Origin: Bacteroidota bacterium
GTDB taxonomy: Bacteria; Bacteroidota; Bacteroidia; CAILMK01; JACPUW01
Direction of reading: 5' to 3'
DNA length: 64,000 nucleotides
NCBI GenBank assembly: GCA_016192035.1
Contig: JACPUW010000035.1
Coordinates: 52,323 to 116,322 of the forward strand
Each line of letters begins with the position of its first letter. Position 1 is the first letter of the stretch. Both the position numbers and the translations under genes were made by a program. Positions 20,428-30,294 of this stretch are shown here, piece by piece. The notes under the pieces are model-generated. The model saw only the letters and a program-made list of their open reading frames with translations, had not been told where the DNA came from and ran no database searches.

Positions 20428-22218
20428 ATGGACTTTATTGACAAGGACGAGTTTGCCAAAGCCGCCAACCTACACAAGCTGGGTTTGGGTTTTCTTGCGC
20501 CTTTTTTTATGCGAACTTTTAGGTACAACCGGGTAAACGACCTGTACCGCAATTGCTATGATGCTGATCCATTGGTTTTTATTGACAACCTGTTTAAGGA
20601 ACTGGGGGTAAGGATTGACGTAAAAGACCATGAGTTTGACCGTTTGCCCAAGGAAGGGGCCTTTATCATAGTGGCCAACCATCCCTATGGTTTTATTGAT
20701 GGTTTGCTCATGATCAAGATCCTGCTCACGGCGCGATCAGATTCCAAGGTTATGGCCAACTTTATGTTGGAGAAGATTATACCGCTCAAACAGACCATAT
20801 TTTCGGTAAATCCCTTTGAGGAAAAGCCTGATATTGGGTCGAGTTTTGGGGGGCTAAGAAAAACGCTCCAACACCTGGTCCAGGGCCATCCGCTGGGTAT
20901 TTTCCCGGCCGGGGAAGTGTCAACCAAGTATAAGAATACCAAGAAAGTAGCTGACAGGGATTGGCAGGTATCGGCCATGAAAATGATCATAGCCTCTAAG
21001 GTGCCGGTCATTCCCATGTTTTTCTCTGGCAGCAATAGCGGGTTGTTTCACTTTTTGGGGGGCATACACCCTTCTTTGCGTTCGGCGCGCATACCGGCCG
21101 AAATCCTCAACAAGAAGAACCATGAGGTAGTGGTGAGAATAGGAAATCCAATATACCCCGCTGAATTGGCCGCATTTGAGTCGCCCGATAAGGTAGGAAG
21201 GTTCTTGCGGGCCAAAACCTATGCCCTGGGCGTGGAGGTGAACGTGAGGCGGTACCTGCGGCCCAATCTCCAGGCTTTGAAAAAACCCAAACCCATAATA
21301 GAGCCCATAGCCAAGGAATTGCAGCTGGCTGAAATAGCCAATATGCCCGCCGAGAACTTGGTCTTGGAGCAAGGCGATTTGCGGGTGTACGTGGCTCGGG
21401 CAGAGGAGATTGATAATATTCTCAAAGAAATAGGCCGGCTACGTGAAATAACCTTTAGGCAGGTAGGAGAGGGCTCAAATGAGTCAATAGACCTAGATCA
21501 GTACGACCTTTACTACCGCCACTTGTTTATTTGGGACAACAAGGCCGAACAGATAGCAGGTGCCTACCGCTTGGGCAAGGGGGATGAAATCATGGAAACA
21601 CATGGAAAGCGTGGGTTTTACACGCAGAGCCTGTTTAGATACCGCGCTGCCTTTGAGCCCATGTTGCGCCAAACCGTGGAGCTAGGCCGCTCGTTTGTGG
21701 TAAAGGCTTACCAAAACAAGCCACTCCCACTCTTTTTGTTGTGGCGGGGCATCCTTCATTTTCTGCTGCTCAACCCCCATTTCCGCTATATCATTGGCCC
21801 GGTGACTATTAGTAACCAATATAGTGGAATTGCCAAATGGATGATCATAGAGTTCATTCGGCGCAATTACTATGATGAACACCTGGCATCCATGGTCAAA
21901 CCGCGCACCGAATTTGCCGTGAAGCGGCGCGATAAAGATGAAAAATTGCTGGAGGCGCTCAACTTTACTGACCTGGGCAAACTGGATAAGTTTATAAGTG
22001 AGATAGAACCTTCAGAAAGCCGTGTGCCGGTGCTGCTCAAAAAGTATCTAAAGCAGAATGCCAAAATCATAGCATTTAATATAGACCCAAAGTTCAACAA
22101 TGCACTTGATGGACTGATGATACTGGATATGAATGACCTGCCTCAGGGCACCATAGACAAGCTGAAATTGGAAATGCGGGAGCAGAGTGACAAGATTTCT
22201 CTGCAAAACAATCAATAA
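20428..22218 (+). CDS. Bifunctional PlsC-type acyltransferase / GNAT N-acyltransferase (OlsF-like amino-acid lipid synthase candidate)
   Basis: NHPYGFIDG (HxxxxD) and FPAGEV in the N-half; EIGRLREITFRQVGEG, GAYRLG and ELGRSFV in the C-half. Confidence 0.85.
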   Translation: MDFIDKDEFAKAANLHKLGLGFLAPFFMRTFRYNRVNDLYRNCYDADPLVFIDNLFKELGVRIDVKDHEFDRLPKEGAFIIVANHPYGFIDGLLMIKILLTARSDSKVMANFMLEKIIPLKQTIFSVNPFEEKPDIGSSFGGLRKTLQHLVQGHPLGIFPAGEVSTKYKNTKKVADRDWQVSAMKMIIASKVPVIPMFFSGSNSGLFHFLGGIHPSLRSARIPAEILNKKNHEVVVRIGNPIYPAELAAFESPDKVGRFLRAKTYALGVEVNVRRYLRPNLQALKKPKPIIEPIAKELQLAEIANMPAENLVLEQGDLRVYVARAEEIDNILKEIGRLREITFRQVGEGSNESIDLDQYDLYYRHLFIWDNKAEQIAGAYRLGKGDEIMETHGKRGFYTQSLFRYRAAFEPMLRQTVELGRSFVVKAYQNKPLPLFLLWRGILHFLLLNPHFRYIIGPVTISNQYSGIAKWMIIEFIRRNYYDEHLASMVKPRTEFAVKRRDKDEKLLEALNFTDLGKLDKFISEIEPSESRVPVLLKKYLKQNAKIIAFNIDPKFNNALDGLMILDMNDLPQGTIDKLKLEMREQSDKISLQNNQ

Positions 22219-22244
22219 TGCAGCCCAATGCCAGCGCTCCAGGG

Positions 22245-22850
22245 CTAGCGCAACTGCCAGGAATATGCCAGAAAGTAGATGCCTATGGCGGTAAAGATCA
22301 AACCCATAGCGCGGTTTAGCCGTCGGATGGTCTTTTCATTTAGTAGGGCACCTATTTTTTTGGCACCATAGGCTTTTAGGGTGTCGGCCAAAAAAATTAC
22401 CCCCAGCACGCCAAGGGCAAATGAAACAAACTCCTGCCTGGAAGTGGGCGATACGCTGCCGAGAATGCCCACCCACACGGCTATGGTAAAGGGGTTTAAG
22501 AAATTGATGCCAAATCCTTTGGCAATGTATAGCAAGAGTTGGCCTCCCTTTATGTCTATTTCACGTAGCTGGGCAGTGGGCACTTTTTTAAAGAAAAAGA
22601 CCAAGCCAAACACCACTATGAGTAGGCCAGAGATTAGAGAAAACCATAATTTGAACTGGGGGTGGGTAAGGAAGGAACTGAACCCAAAAAAAATAAGGGC
22701 CAGTAGTACCAGGTCACTCAACAAAATACCAAAAGCAAAGCCCAATGCCTTGCGGAGCCCGTTCTCTATACCCACTTTTATGAGGTACATAAATGATGGC
22801 CCGGCACTTAAGGTGAGCACACTTCCTATGAGTAATCCTTTTAAAAGCAA
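22245..22850 (-). CDS. LysE-family translocator
   Basis: AGPSF..LI...G; INFLNP; about six TMs. Confidence 0.85.
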   Translation of the reverse strand: MLLKGLLIGSVLTLSAGPSFMYLIKVGIENGLRKALGFAFGILLSDLVLLALIFFGFSSFLTHPQFKLWFSLISGLLIVVFGLVFFFKKVPTAQLREIDIKGGQLLLYIAKGFGINFLNPFTIAVWVGILGSVSPTSRQEFVSFALGVLGVIFLADTLKAYGAKKIGALLNEKTIRRLNRAMGLIFTAIGIYFLAYSWQLR

Positions 22851-22986
22851 ACCCTATGAGTATTGATTGGGCAATATTCTACCATGTGGGCCTATTATCC
22901 AAATATTGCCCTGGCCAACCAGTGGATTGCGGTGAAAAATAACTTTAGCATAATGCTATGAAAATAAGTAGGATATGTGGGGCGGA

Positions 22987-22994
22987 TACTTTTG
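22987..22994 (+). promoter_or_regulatory. Bacteroidota -7 element
   Basis: TACTTTTG 19 nt upstream of ATG 23014. Confidence 0.5.
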
Positions 22995-23013
22995 AAGCCC
23001 ATAAGGACAGTAC

Positions 23014-23892
23014 ATGCGCGAAATTGAACTTCTGGTTTTATCAGACATTCACCTAGGGACTTATGGATGCCATGCCAAGGAATTGTTGAAATATCTTAAG
23101 AGTATAAACCCCAGCCGGGTGGTGCTCAATGGCGACATCGTGGACATTTGGCAGTTTAATAAACGGTACTGGCCACAGAGCCACATGCAAGTGATCAAGC
23201 ATATGCTCAATTGGATCAACGACGGTGTTAGGGTAGATTATATCACGGGCAACCACGACGAAATGCTCAGGAAGTTTGTGGGTTTCAGCATGGAGAATTT
23301 TCAAATAAAAAACAAGGTGCTCCTTAACCTTGACGGCAAGCGCACCTGGATCTTTCACGGCGACGTATTTGATGTGACCATGCGTTACTCCAAGTGGCTC
23401 TGTAAGTTGGGTGCCATTGGGTATGACAGCCTTATAGCCATCAACAGCGTGGCAAACCAGGTGTCGCACAGGCTGGGCAGGGGAAGGATTTCCCTTTCAA
23501 AAAAAGTGAAGAATGGGGTGAAAAAGGCCATTAAGTATATAAATGATTTTGAACAAACCGCAGCCGAAATAGGCATGGACAACGGGTACCACACCGTGGT
23601 TTGTGGCCATATACACCAGCCCAAGGTGCGCACCTTCCACAAGGGGGCTTCCCAGATAGAATACCTCAATTCGGGCGACTGGATAGAGAACTGCACCGCC
23701 TTAGAGTATTCCAAAGGCAATTGGTCAGTATATGAATACTTTAACGATACGGCCTTGCACCATCTTGACTATAATCTCATCCGTTCGGAAGAGTTGTCGG
23801 CCACGGAATTGTTTGACCAAATGCTGAAGGAATTCAACGGAAGGCACGAACAAGAGGAGGTAGGGCAGGAACTGGAGGTAATTTTCGCCTAA
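23014..23892 (+). CDS. Calcineurin-like metallophosphoesterase (UDP-2,3-diacylglucosamine diphosphatase family)
   Basis: SDIHLG, NGDIVD, GNHD, HGD, GHIH, NSGDW. Confidence 0.9.
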   Translation: MREIELLVLSDIHLGTYGCHAKELLKYLKSINPSRVVLNGDIVDIWQFNKRYWPQSHMQVIKHMLNWINDGVRVDYITGNHDEMLRKFVGFSMENFQIKNKVLLNLDGKRTWIFHGDVFDVTMRYSKWLCKLGAIGYDSLIAINSVANQVSHRLGRGRISLSKKVKNGVKKAIKYINDFEQTAAEIGMDNGYHTVVCGHIHQPKVRTFHKGASQIEYLNSGDWIENCTALEYSKGNWSVYEYFNDTALHHLDYNLIRSEELSATELFDQMLKEFNGRHEQEEVGQELEVIFA

Positions 23893-24275
23893 CGGGGATA
23901 TAAGCGCGGGTTGAACTTGGCACCTCCCAGGGTATAGAGTAGCAATGCACGGCTATAGCGAACGAATATGGGCGTGAGCCCGAGGCCCAGGCCAGCTGCC
24001 ACCCCTACATACACTTCTATGGCGGGATTGTTAAAAAATAAGTAAAGCAAGGTGCTGGTTACCAATGCAAGACCGGCGTTGAATGCATAAGTGATGTACA
24101 TGGCAGCCCAGTAAAATCCGGTCTCGGGTTCAAAATCCATTTCGCAGTGAGGGCATTCCTCATGCATGGTCATAAACCTGGTGCCATAAGCCCGGTGGGG
24201 AAACATTTTGCCGTACCGGCACCGTGGGCAGCGCATTTGCCCCATTGCCTTCCATTTGCTGGGATACCTAGCCAT
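23889..24275 (-). CDS. DUF983 protein
   Basis: CPRC..GKMF, CPHC, EPETGFYWAAMYITY; two TMs. Confidence 0.85.
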   Translation of the reverse strand: MARYPSKWKAMGQMRCPRCRYGKMFPHRAYGTRFMTMHEECPHCEMDFEPETGFYWAAMYITYAFNAGLALVTSTLLYLFFNNPAIEVYVGVAAGLGLGLTPIFVRYSRALLLYTLGGAKFNPRLYPR

Positions 24276-24522
24276 GCAATTCTTCCTTTTTCCTTTTTTT
24301 CACTTTAATGTACCAGAGTACCCACACACCCATTACGGCCAGGTAGGGCATGGCAAGCAAGTACAGGATTCCCCGGTTTATTCCCAGGCCAATACTGCCT
24401 CCTTCCTGTAGATTGCTTTCTACCACCGATTTGCAGGCTTGACACTGTGCCAAGGCCTCAGCGCCGCACAGCAAGAGTGCCAAGCAAATGGTCAGTAAGG
24501 GAATAATTATGTGTATGCGCAT
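24268..24522 (-). CDS. Small membrane protein with CxxC, associated with Bacteroidota cox operons
   Basis: Signal peptide; AQCQACKSVVESN; GINRGILYLLAMPY. Confidence 0.75.
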   Translation of the reverse strand: MRIHIIIPLLTICLALLLCGAEALAQCQACKSVVESNLQEGGSIGLGINRGILYLLAMPYLAVMGVWVLWYIKVKKRKKEELHG

Positions 24523-24527
24523 GGGGT

Positions 24528-25049
24528 TCAATAATAGGGTGAAATCAAGACATACACCGCCACTCCGCTTGCCGCCACATACCACCAAACCGGAAAAGCT
24601 ATCCTGGCTAGTTTTCGGTGACGGTCAAAGGAACCTGTGACAGCCCTGACATAGGTAAAAAGCACCAGGGGCACCACAGCCGCCGAAAGGAATATATGAC
24701 TCACCAACAAGAGGTAATAAATCGTTTTTAACATCCCAACTCCTCCATAAGGCGTGGGGTCTGAGCCCATGTGGTACAGGGTGTACAGCAAAAGGAAAAC
24801 CGCCGATAGCGCCAGGCAAACCTGCATGATCCGCCGGTGCAATACTTGTTTTTTTAACTTTATGGCCAGCAGGGCAATAGGTAGCAGCAGCGCGGTAAGG
24901 GCATTGATAATGGCATAGATGGGGGGTAAAAAAGATACATCCCAGCCGTACACCATGCGTTTTCTAAACAATAGGCCCACCAATACAGGTATGGCTATGG
25001 ACAAAACCACGGCTACCCGATTCAATCGTTTGGCGCGCACCTCGCTCAT
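24528..25049 (-). CDS. DUF420 (CtaM/YozB-like) membrane protein
   Basis: FLLLYTLYH, SHIFLS, HRKLARIAFPVWWYVAASGVAVY. Confidence 0.9.
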   Translation of the reverse strand: MSEVRAKRLNRVAVVLSIAIPVLVGLLFRKRMVYGWDVSFLPPIYAIINALTALLLPIALLAIKLKKQVLHRRIMQVCLALSAVFLLLYTLYHMGSDPTPYGGVGMLKTIYYLLLVSHIFLSAAVVPLVLFTYVRAVTGSFDRHRKLARIAFPVWWYVAASGVAVYVLISPYY

Positions 25050-25612
25050 GGATGAAATTCATTGTTAAGCACCGTCAATTCACCCAACACATCCCTGATA
25101 AACTTGCCGTGGGCTGAAAAATATATGCCGCGTACCTGCCCATTTTTATCAATAAGATAGCATAGATGGTCTTCCACAGGCTGTTCCGTGCGTCCATGTC
25201 CGCTGCCCAATTGGGCAGCTATGGAGTGAACGGGTGTTTCTACCTGCCAATGCAGCCAAGCTTTCCGGTCGTCATCCACGGGTGCTTGGTTGCTTACCGA
25301 AAGGATATATATGTCATTGACTGAGCTAGTGGGGTGATTGTGTGCCTTTTCCAACCTGTTGGCCAATTCCAGTAATTGCTCCTTTGCCGATGTTTGTAGT
25401 TGATTGTCAACAGATTCGCTAAGGTACAACAGGAAATTTGCCTGTGCCAATTGGGCAGGAAAACCTGCATTTTCCCTTAGCATTTTAGTTGCAGTATCAC
25501 CGGCCAGCACCGGAAGCTTGAGCAGGTGGGTCTCACCCGTCCTAAACAGCAGGATTAGCCCAAGAGGCATGGCCAACACAAGGAATAAGGTGCTCGCGTT
25601 GCGCCAGTTCAC
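25046..25612 (-). CDS. Degenerate SCO-like membrane-anchored protein
   Basis: N-terminal TM; LIDKNGQVRGIY as in SCO C-termini; occupies the SCO position in the operon; no CxxxC. Confidence 0.55.
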   Translation of the reverse strand: MNWRNASTLFLVLAMPLGLILLFRTGETHLLKLPVLAGDTATKMLRENAGFPAQLAQANFLLYLSESVDNQLQTSAKEQLLELANRLEKAHNHPTSSVNDIYILSVSNQAPVDDDRKAWLHWQVETPVHSIAAQLGSGHGRTEQPVEDHLCYLIDKNGQVRGIYFSAHGKFIRDVLGELTVLNNEFHP

Positions 25613-25615
25613 CTT

Positions 25616-25951
25616 TTATCCCTGGGTTTCTATGATCACCAGGGCCACCAGGTACACCACCAGCAGCATGGGCAACAACACTGAATACATCAAGCGCTTG
25701 GTTTCGTGTTTCATGTGCATGAAATACAACACAATACCAGCCGCCTTGAATACGGTGAGCAAGAGAAATATAATGGTTCGCTCAGTGCCGGACTGCATGG
25801 CAAAGGCAAAAACAAATTCTATGGCCGTGACCAATGCCAGTACCACAAAAACTATCCAAATTTCCCGCTTGCTAGAGTGGGGTACATGCAGGCCATAAGC
25901 TTCTGCTTCGTATTCGCCTTCATGAACCATATCGTGGGGTGACTGTGACAT
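25616..25951 (-). CDS. Cytochrome c oxidase subunit IV
   Basis: IWIVFVVLALVTAIEF; KAAGIVLYFMHMKHE. Confidence 0.9.
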   Translation of the reverse strand: MSQSPHDMVHEGEYEAEAYGLHVPHSSKREIWIVFVVLALVTAIEFVFAFAMQSGTERTIIFLLLTVFKAAGIVLYFMHMKHETKRLMYSVLLPMLLVVYLVALVIIETQG

Positions 25952-25982
25952 AGTAGTATCTTTTTTATTGTAAATAAATGGG

Positions 25983-26948
25983 TTATATAAGATAAAACAG
26001 GGTGAAAACAAACACCCACACCAAATCCACAAAGTGCCAATAGAGCCCTACTTTTTCCACCATTTCATAGTGCCCCCTTTTGGCCATGATGCCTTTGGCT
26101 GCCATGATGCACACAATCAACAATATGAGCACGCCAGAGAACACGTGGAAACCGTGGAAACCAGTTATAAAGAAGAAGAGTTTGCCAAACATCATGGTCT
26201 CTCCTGAAGGTATCACCATTTGTGCATTGCCTGGGTTTATGTAATCGCCGTGGGCATTCATGTATGCCACCCCGTTGTAATCCAGCACGGGTTTATCGCT
26301 CACGGGGAAATGATCAGGGCCCAGTAGGCGCGCCGCCTGGTCAGTGGCTTGGCCGCCTATGTTCCATTCTACCCCGTCAATCACCGTTTTCACCGGGTAA
26401 AATATCCTCCGTTCGGCCACCCATTCCTTGGCGGCGTGGTCATACGTGCCGTCCAGGCTGGCATGGTGTATTCCATTGTGTATTTCATTATCTACTTGAA
26501 AATCATTGTTGGAAACACCTATCCATAACCCCTGGTGTAGTAGATGGCTCCACTCATATGCCTGGCAGCCCAAGAAAGTGGCTCCGCCTATTATGGTGGC
26601 TATTAAATAATTGAGTACTGCGCGGTTGTCCTTTCGGTGCCCGGCCTCTACCGCCAGTACCATAGTCAAACTACTGGCAATGAGTATAAACGTCATCAAG
26701 CCCACAAACACCAAGGGCCAGCCTCCATGAGGGGCCAAAAAGGGGAAACTCTGGAAGACAATTTCAGGGCTTGGCCAGGTGGTAGAAGCAAACCTGAAAA
26801 ACCCGTAGGCTGTGAGGAAGGCGGAAAAGGTCAAGGCATCAGATAATAGGAAAAACCACATCATTACCTTGCCATAAGTGGCTCCCAGGGCCAGTCGGCG
26901 CCCGTCCCACACTTTTCCTTCAGTTTCAATTGTTACATGTGTTGACAT
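25983..26948 (-). CDS. ctaE: Cytochrome c oxidase subunit III (long copy with soluble insertion)
   Basis: MMWFFLLSDALTF, TGFHGFHV, GLYWHFVDLVWVFVF. Confidence 0.92.
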   Translation of the reverse strand: MSTHVTIETEGKVWDGRRLALGATYGKVMMWFFLLSDALTFSAFLTAYGFFRFASTTWPSPEIVFQSFPFLAPHGGWPLVFVGLMTFILIASSLTMVLAVEAGHRKDNRAVLNYLIATIIGGATFLGCQAYEWSHLLHQGLWIGVSNNDFQVDNEIHNGIHHASLDGTYDHAAKEWVAERRIFYPVKTVIDGVEWNIGGQATDQAARLLGPDHFPVSDKPVLDYNGVAYMNAHGDYINPGNAQMVIPSGETMMFGKLFFFITGFHGFHVFSGVLILLIVCIMAAKGIMAKRGHYEMVEKVGLYWHFVDLVWVFVFTLFYLI

Positions 26949-26967
26949 TGGCTATTGCTTAAGTCTG

Positions 26968-27549
26968 TTAGGCTAAGTTGAAAAATAGGTACAAATAAAT
27001 CCACAGCACACCCACAAAATGCCAGTAGGTGGCTACCGACGATAGGCGTTGTTGTGCCAACCCCTTGTTGTCCAAAATAAATGATCGGATTAGGGCTATG
27101 ACAATGATGAGCAGCCCTACGATAAAGTGTACGGCATGTACGCCAGAAATCACGTATAAAAATGAGCCTGATGCATTGCCCACCAGATAGATACCCTGTT
27201 CGGTGAGCTGTCTCCAGCCTTCCCACTGCAAGTACATAAACAGCAGCCCAAAGGCTAAGGAAAAGCCCAAGCCAATTTGGGTAAGCCGTTTCTTAACTGT
27301 TTTCTGGCCCCTCTGGGCCATATACATGGCTATACTCGCCATGACCGCCGCAAGGCAGGAATACAGAAAAACCGGGGGCAAATCAAAATCCACCCAGTCT
27401 CCCTTGGCTTTGCGCACGATATAACCGCTGGTAAAGGCCGCAAAAAGCATGGCCACGCTCACCAAGAATACCCAGAGCGTAAACTTTACCGGATCTACTT
27501 TAAAGCCGGGTGATTCTGTGCTATCTACGCTATCTACGCTGTAGTTCAA
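26968..27549 (-). CDS. Cytochrome c oxidase subunit III (short copy)
   Basis: MLFAAFTSGY, SGVHAVH, YWHFVGVLWIYL. Confidence 0.9.
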   Translation of the reverse strand: MNYSVDSVDSTESPGFKVDPVKFTLWVFLVSVAMLFAAFTSGYIVRKAKGDWVDFDLPPVFLYSCLAAVMASIAMYMAQRGQKTVKKRLTQIGLGFSLAFGLLFMYLQWEGWRQLTEQGIYLVGNASGSFLYVISGVHAVHFIVGLLIIVIALIRSFILDNKGLAQQRLSSVATYWHFVGVLWIYLYLFFNLA

Positions 27550-27551
27550 TG

Positions 27552-28469
27552 CTATTTAATTAGAAATTCAATGAGATAGACTATGAGTACAATGGGCAAA
27601 TAGGCAAAGGAGGCAAGCATGAGCCCTTTGGCATCCCGATTGGTCAGCGAGCGCAGGAGCAACACCGATCTAAGTACTAGGCCTGCCCCGCATATGGCTA
27701 CCAATGAACCGGTTATCCAAGTAGTTACCCCGTAGTAAGCGGGTATGAGTGCCACCGGGACCAGTACGGAGGTAAGTATGGCTATTTGCCAAGCCGATAA
27801 GCGGTTTCTGTGTCCGCCTATGGGCATCAATTTCAATCCTGCTTTTTTGTATTCGTCGTCGAGTACCCAGGCTATGGTATAGAAATGGGGAAACTGCCAA
27901 AAGAATTGAATCACAAAGAGGGTCCAGCCAAAAGCGTCAATACTGCCGGTGGCGGCGGCTACACCTACCAGTGGCGGTATGGCCCCGGCAAGGCCACCTA
28001 CCCACACCGAAATGCCGCTGATGGGCTTGAGCGGGGTGTAGAGAAAGGCATAAACCAGCAGTCCGGCGGCTGCCAAAAGGGCACTCAGTTCATTGAGGTA
28101 AAAGCCAATAAGGCCTACTCCCAGTAGTCCTGCCAACACAGCGGCAGTAAGGGCTTCTGCCACCGACATGCGGCCGGTGGCCACTGGTCGGTTGAGTGTG
28201 CGTGCCATTAATTGATCGGTTTGCCGCTCTATCACCTGATTGATGGCATTGGCGGCAGCTACCGTAAGAAAACCGCCCAATAGCAGTGGCATGAGCAGCA
28301 CGTAGTTGCCAGGGCTGCCTGCCGAAACCATGTATCCCACGAAAGTGGAAAACACCACCAAGCTGGTGAGCCTCAACTTAAATAGCTGGGCATAGTCGGC
28401 CAGCCGCGCCCGAAGGGTTCTTGGGCTACTGAGTTGTCCTATTTTGACCGTGCCATTCATTTCAATCAT
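27552..28469 (-). CDS. cyoE: Protoheme IX farnesyltransferase (heme o synthase)
   Basis: DQLMARTLNRP, YTPLKP, FFWQFPHF. Confidence 0.95.
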   Translation of the reverse strand: MIEMNGTVKIGQLSSPRTLRARLADYAQLFKLRLTSLVVFSTFVGYMVSAGSPGNYVLLMPLLLGGFLTVAAANAINQVIERQTDQLMARTLNRPVATGRMSVAEALTAAVLAGLLGVGLIGFYLNELSALLAAAGLLVYAFLYTPLKPISGISVWVGGLAGAIPPLVGVAAATGSIDAFGWTLFVIQFFWQFPHFYTIAWVLDDEYKKAGLKLMPIGGHRNRLSAWQIAILTSVLVPVALIPAYYGVTTWITGSLVAICGAGLVLRSVLLLRSLTNRDAKGLMLASFAYLPIVLIVYLIEFLIK

Positions 28470-28484
28470 TTGCTATGGTATGGG

Positions 28485-30284
28485 CTATGCCTTTGCCTGC
28501 ACGTACTGTTCATTGTCATAATCCACTCCCTTGGCCAAGTCCTCATCGCTCACATGCTGAGGCAAATAATCAAGGGCCACCCCCGGCTTGCTGTATTCGT
28601 GGGGTCCCCTATATACGGTGGGTATGGGCCCTGTCCAGTTGCCGTGTCCGGGTTCAGCCACGGTCCATTCCAGTGAATTGGCCTTCCATGGGTTACGGCC
28701 AGCTTTTTCACCCCAGAATATACTCTTCACAAAGTTGTACAAGAAAATAAACTGCGCGGTGAAACCAATAATGGCCGCCACGGTAATAAACTTATTGAGG
28801 TCCACAAAACCGGCGGCAAAGTCAAATTCGGTAAATGCATAGTAGCGGCGCGGTACCCCGGCCAATCCAATAAAATGCTGCGGAAAGAACACACAATAGA
28901 CCGTGATAAAGGTGAGCCAGAAGTGCCACATGCCCAAACGCCTGTCCATGAGTCGTCCAAACATTTTGGGGAACCAGTGGTACACCCCTGAAAACATGCC
29001 AAAAATGGCCGATGCACCCATGACTATGTGGAAGTGGGCAACTACAAAATAGGTATTGTGTAGGGGTATGTCAATGGCGGCATTGCCTACGAACAAGCCG
29101 GTAAGCCCACCGCTGATAAACAGGGAGACGAGGCCAATGGCAAAGAGCATCCCGTTGGAAAACTGTATGTTGCCCCGCCATAGGGTGGCTAGGTAGTTAA
29201 AGGTTTTAACGGCCGATGGTATGGCAATGATGAGGGTAACAATCATGAAAACACTGCCCAAGAAGGGGTTCATGCCGGTAACGAACATATGGTGGCCCCA
29301 CACTAAGAAAGAAAGGCCAGATATGCCCACAAGCGATATGACCATGGCATGGTATCCAAAAATGGGCTTCCTGGCCATGGTAGAAATTACTTCGGAAGTA
29401 ATGCCAAAGGCGGGCATGATGATGATGTACACCTCAGGGTGACCCAAGAACCAGAACAGGTGCTGGAATAAGATGGGACTACCCCCCGTTTGTGCCGTAA
29501 GCGCCTCGCCCTGAAGGAATATATCCGATAGGTAAAAGGAGGTGCCAAAACTTCGGTCGAATATGAGGAGCAGCGCTGCCGAAAGGAGTACCGGAAAGGA
29601 CAATACCCCTACAATGGCCGTAAGGAAGAAGCCCCAAATGGTTAGGGGTAACTTGTTAAACGACATTCCTTTGGTTCGAAGATTGAGCACCGTGGAAATG
29701 TAGTTGAGCGAGCCCATGAGCGAAGAAGCGATAAACAGCGCCATGGAAACCAGCCAGAGGGTCATGCCAAGTCCTGAACCGGGCAGGGCCTTGGGCAAGG
29801 CGCTCAAGGGCGGATAGATGGTCCATCCTGCCGAAGCCGGCCCCGATTCAATAAACAGCGATGCCAACATGATGACGGTGGAAAGAAAAAATATCCAGTA
29901 TGACAGCATGTTCAAGAAAGGCGATGCCATGTCGCGTGCCCCAATCTGCAAGGGAATGAGTAGGTTGCTAAATGTGCCGCTCAGTCCGGCCGTGAGTACA
30001 AAAAACACCAGGATGGTGCCGTGCATGGTAACCAGTGCCAGGTACTTATCAGGGGCCAATACAAAGGCTTCCCCATTGTCGGCCAGGTAATTGCCAAAGG
30101 TGCCCTTTAGAAAACTCATGTCCATGCCGTCCCAGCCCAACTGGAGGCGGAATATCACCGACAACAAACCGCCTACAAAACCCATGAAGATACCCGTGAT
30201 GAGGTATTGTTTGGCTATGGTCTTGTGGTCTTGGCTAAAGATGTACTTGCTTATAAAGCTCTCTGTATGTCCGTGGGCGCTCAT
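28485..30284 (-). CDS. ctaD: Cytochrome c oxidase subunit I (A1-type)
   Basis: TMHGT, FWFLGHPEVY, WGHH, VVAHFH. Confidence 0.97.
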   Translation of the reverse strand: MSAHGHTESFISKYIFSQDHKTIAKQYLITGIFMGFVGGLLSVIFRLQLGWDGMDMSFLKGTFGNYLADNGEAFVLAPDKYLALVTMHGTILVFFVLTAGLSGTFSNLLIPLQIGARDMASPFLNMLSYWIFFLSTVIMLASLFIESGPASAGWTIYPPLSALPKALPGSGLGMTLWLVSMALFIASSLMGSLNYISTVLNLRTKGMSFNKLPLTIWGFFLTAIVGVLSFPVLLSAALLLIFDRSFGTSFYLSDIFLQGEALTAQTGGSPILFQHLFWFLGHPEVYIIIMPAFGITSEVISTMARKPIFGYHAMVISLVGISGLSFLVWGHHMFVTGMNPFLGSVFMIVTLIIAIPSAVKTFNYLATLWRGNIQFSNGMLFAIGLVSLFISGGLTGLFVGNAAIDIPLHNTYFVVAHFHIVMGASAIFGMFSGVYHWFPKMFGRLMDRRLGMWHFWLTFITVYCVFFPQHFIGLAGVPRRYYAFTEFDFAAGFVDLNKFITVAAIIGFTAQFIFLYNFVKSIFWGEKAGRNPWKANSLEWTVAEPGHGNWTGPIPTVYRGPHEYSKPGVALDYLPQHVSDEDLAKGVDYDNEQYVQAKA

Positions 30285-30294
30285 GTACTCTTAA

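Noticed and set aside
27520..27540. 9-bp tandem duplication (GCTATCTAC) at the start of the short cox3 gene
   Set aside because: In-frame two-copy duplication in a variable N-terminus; no evidence of function
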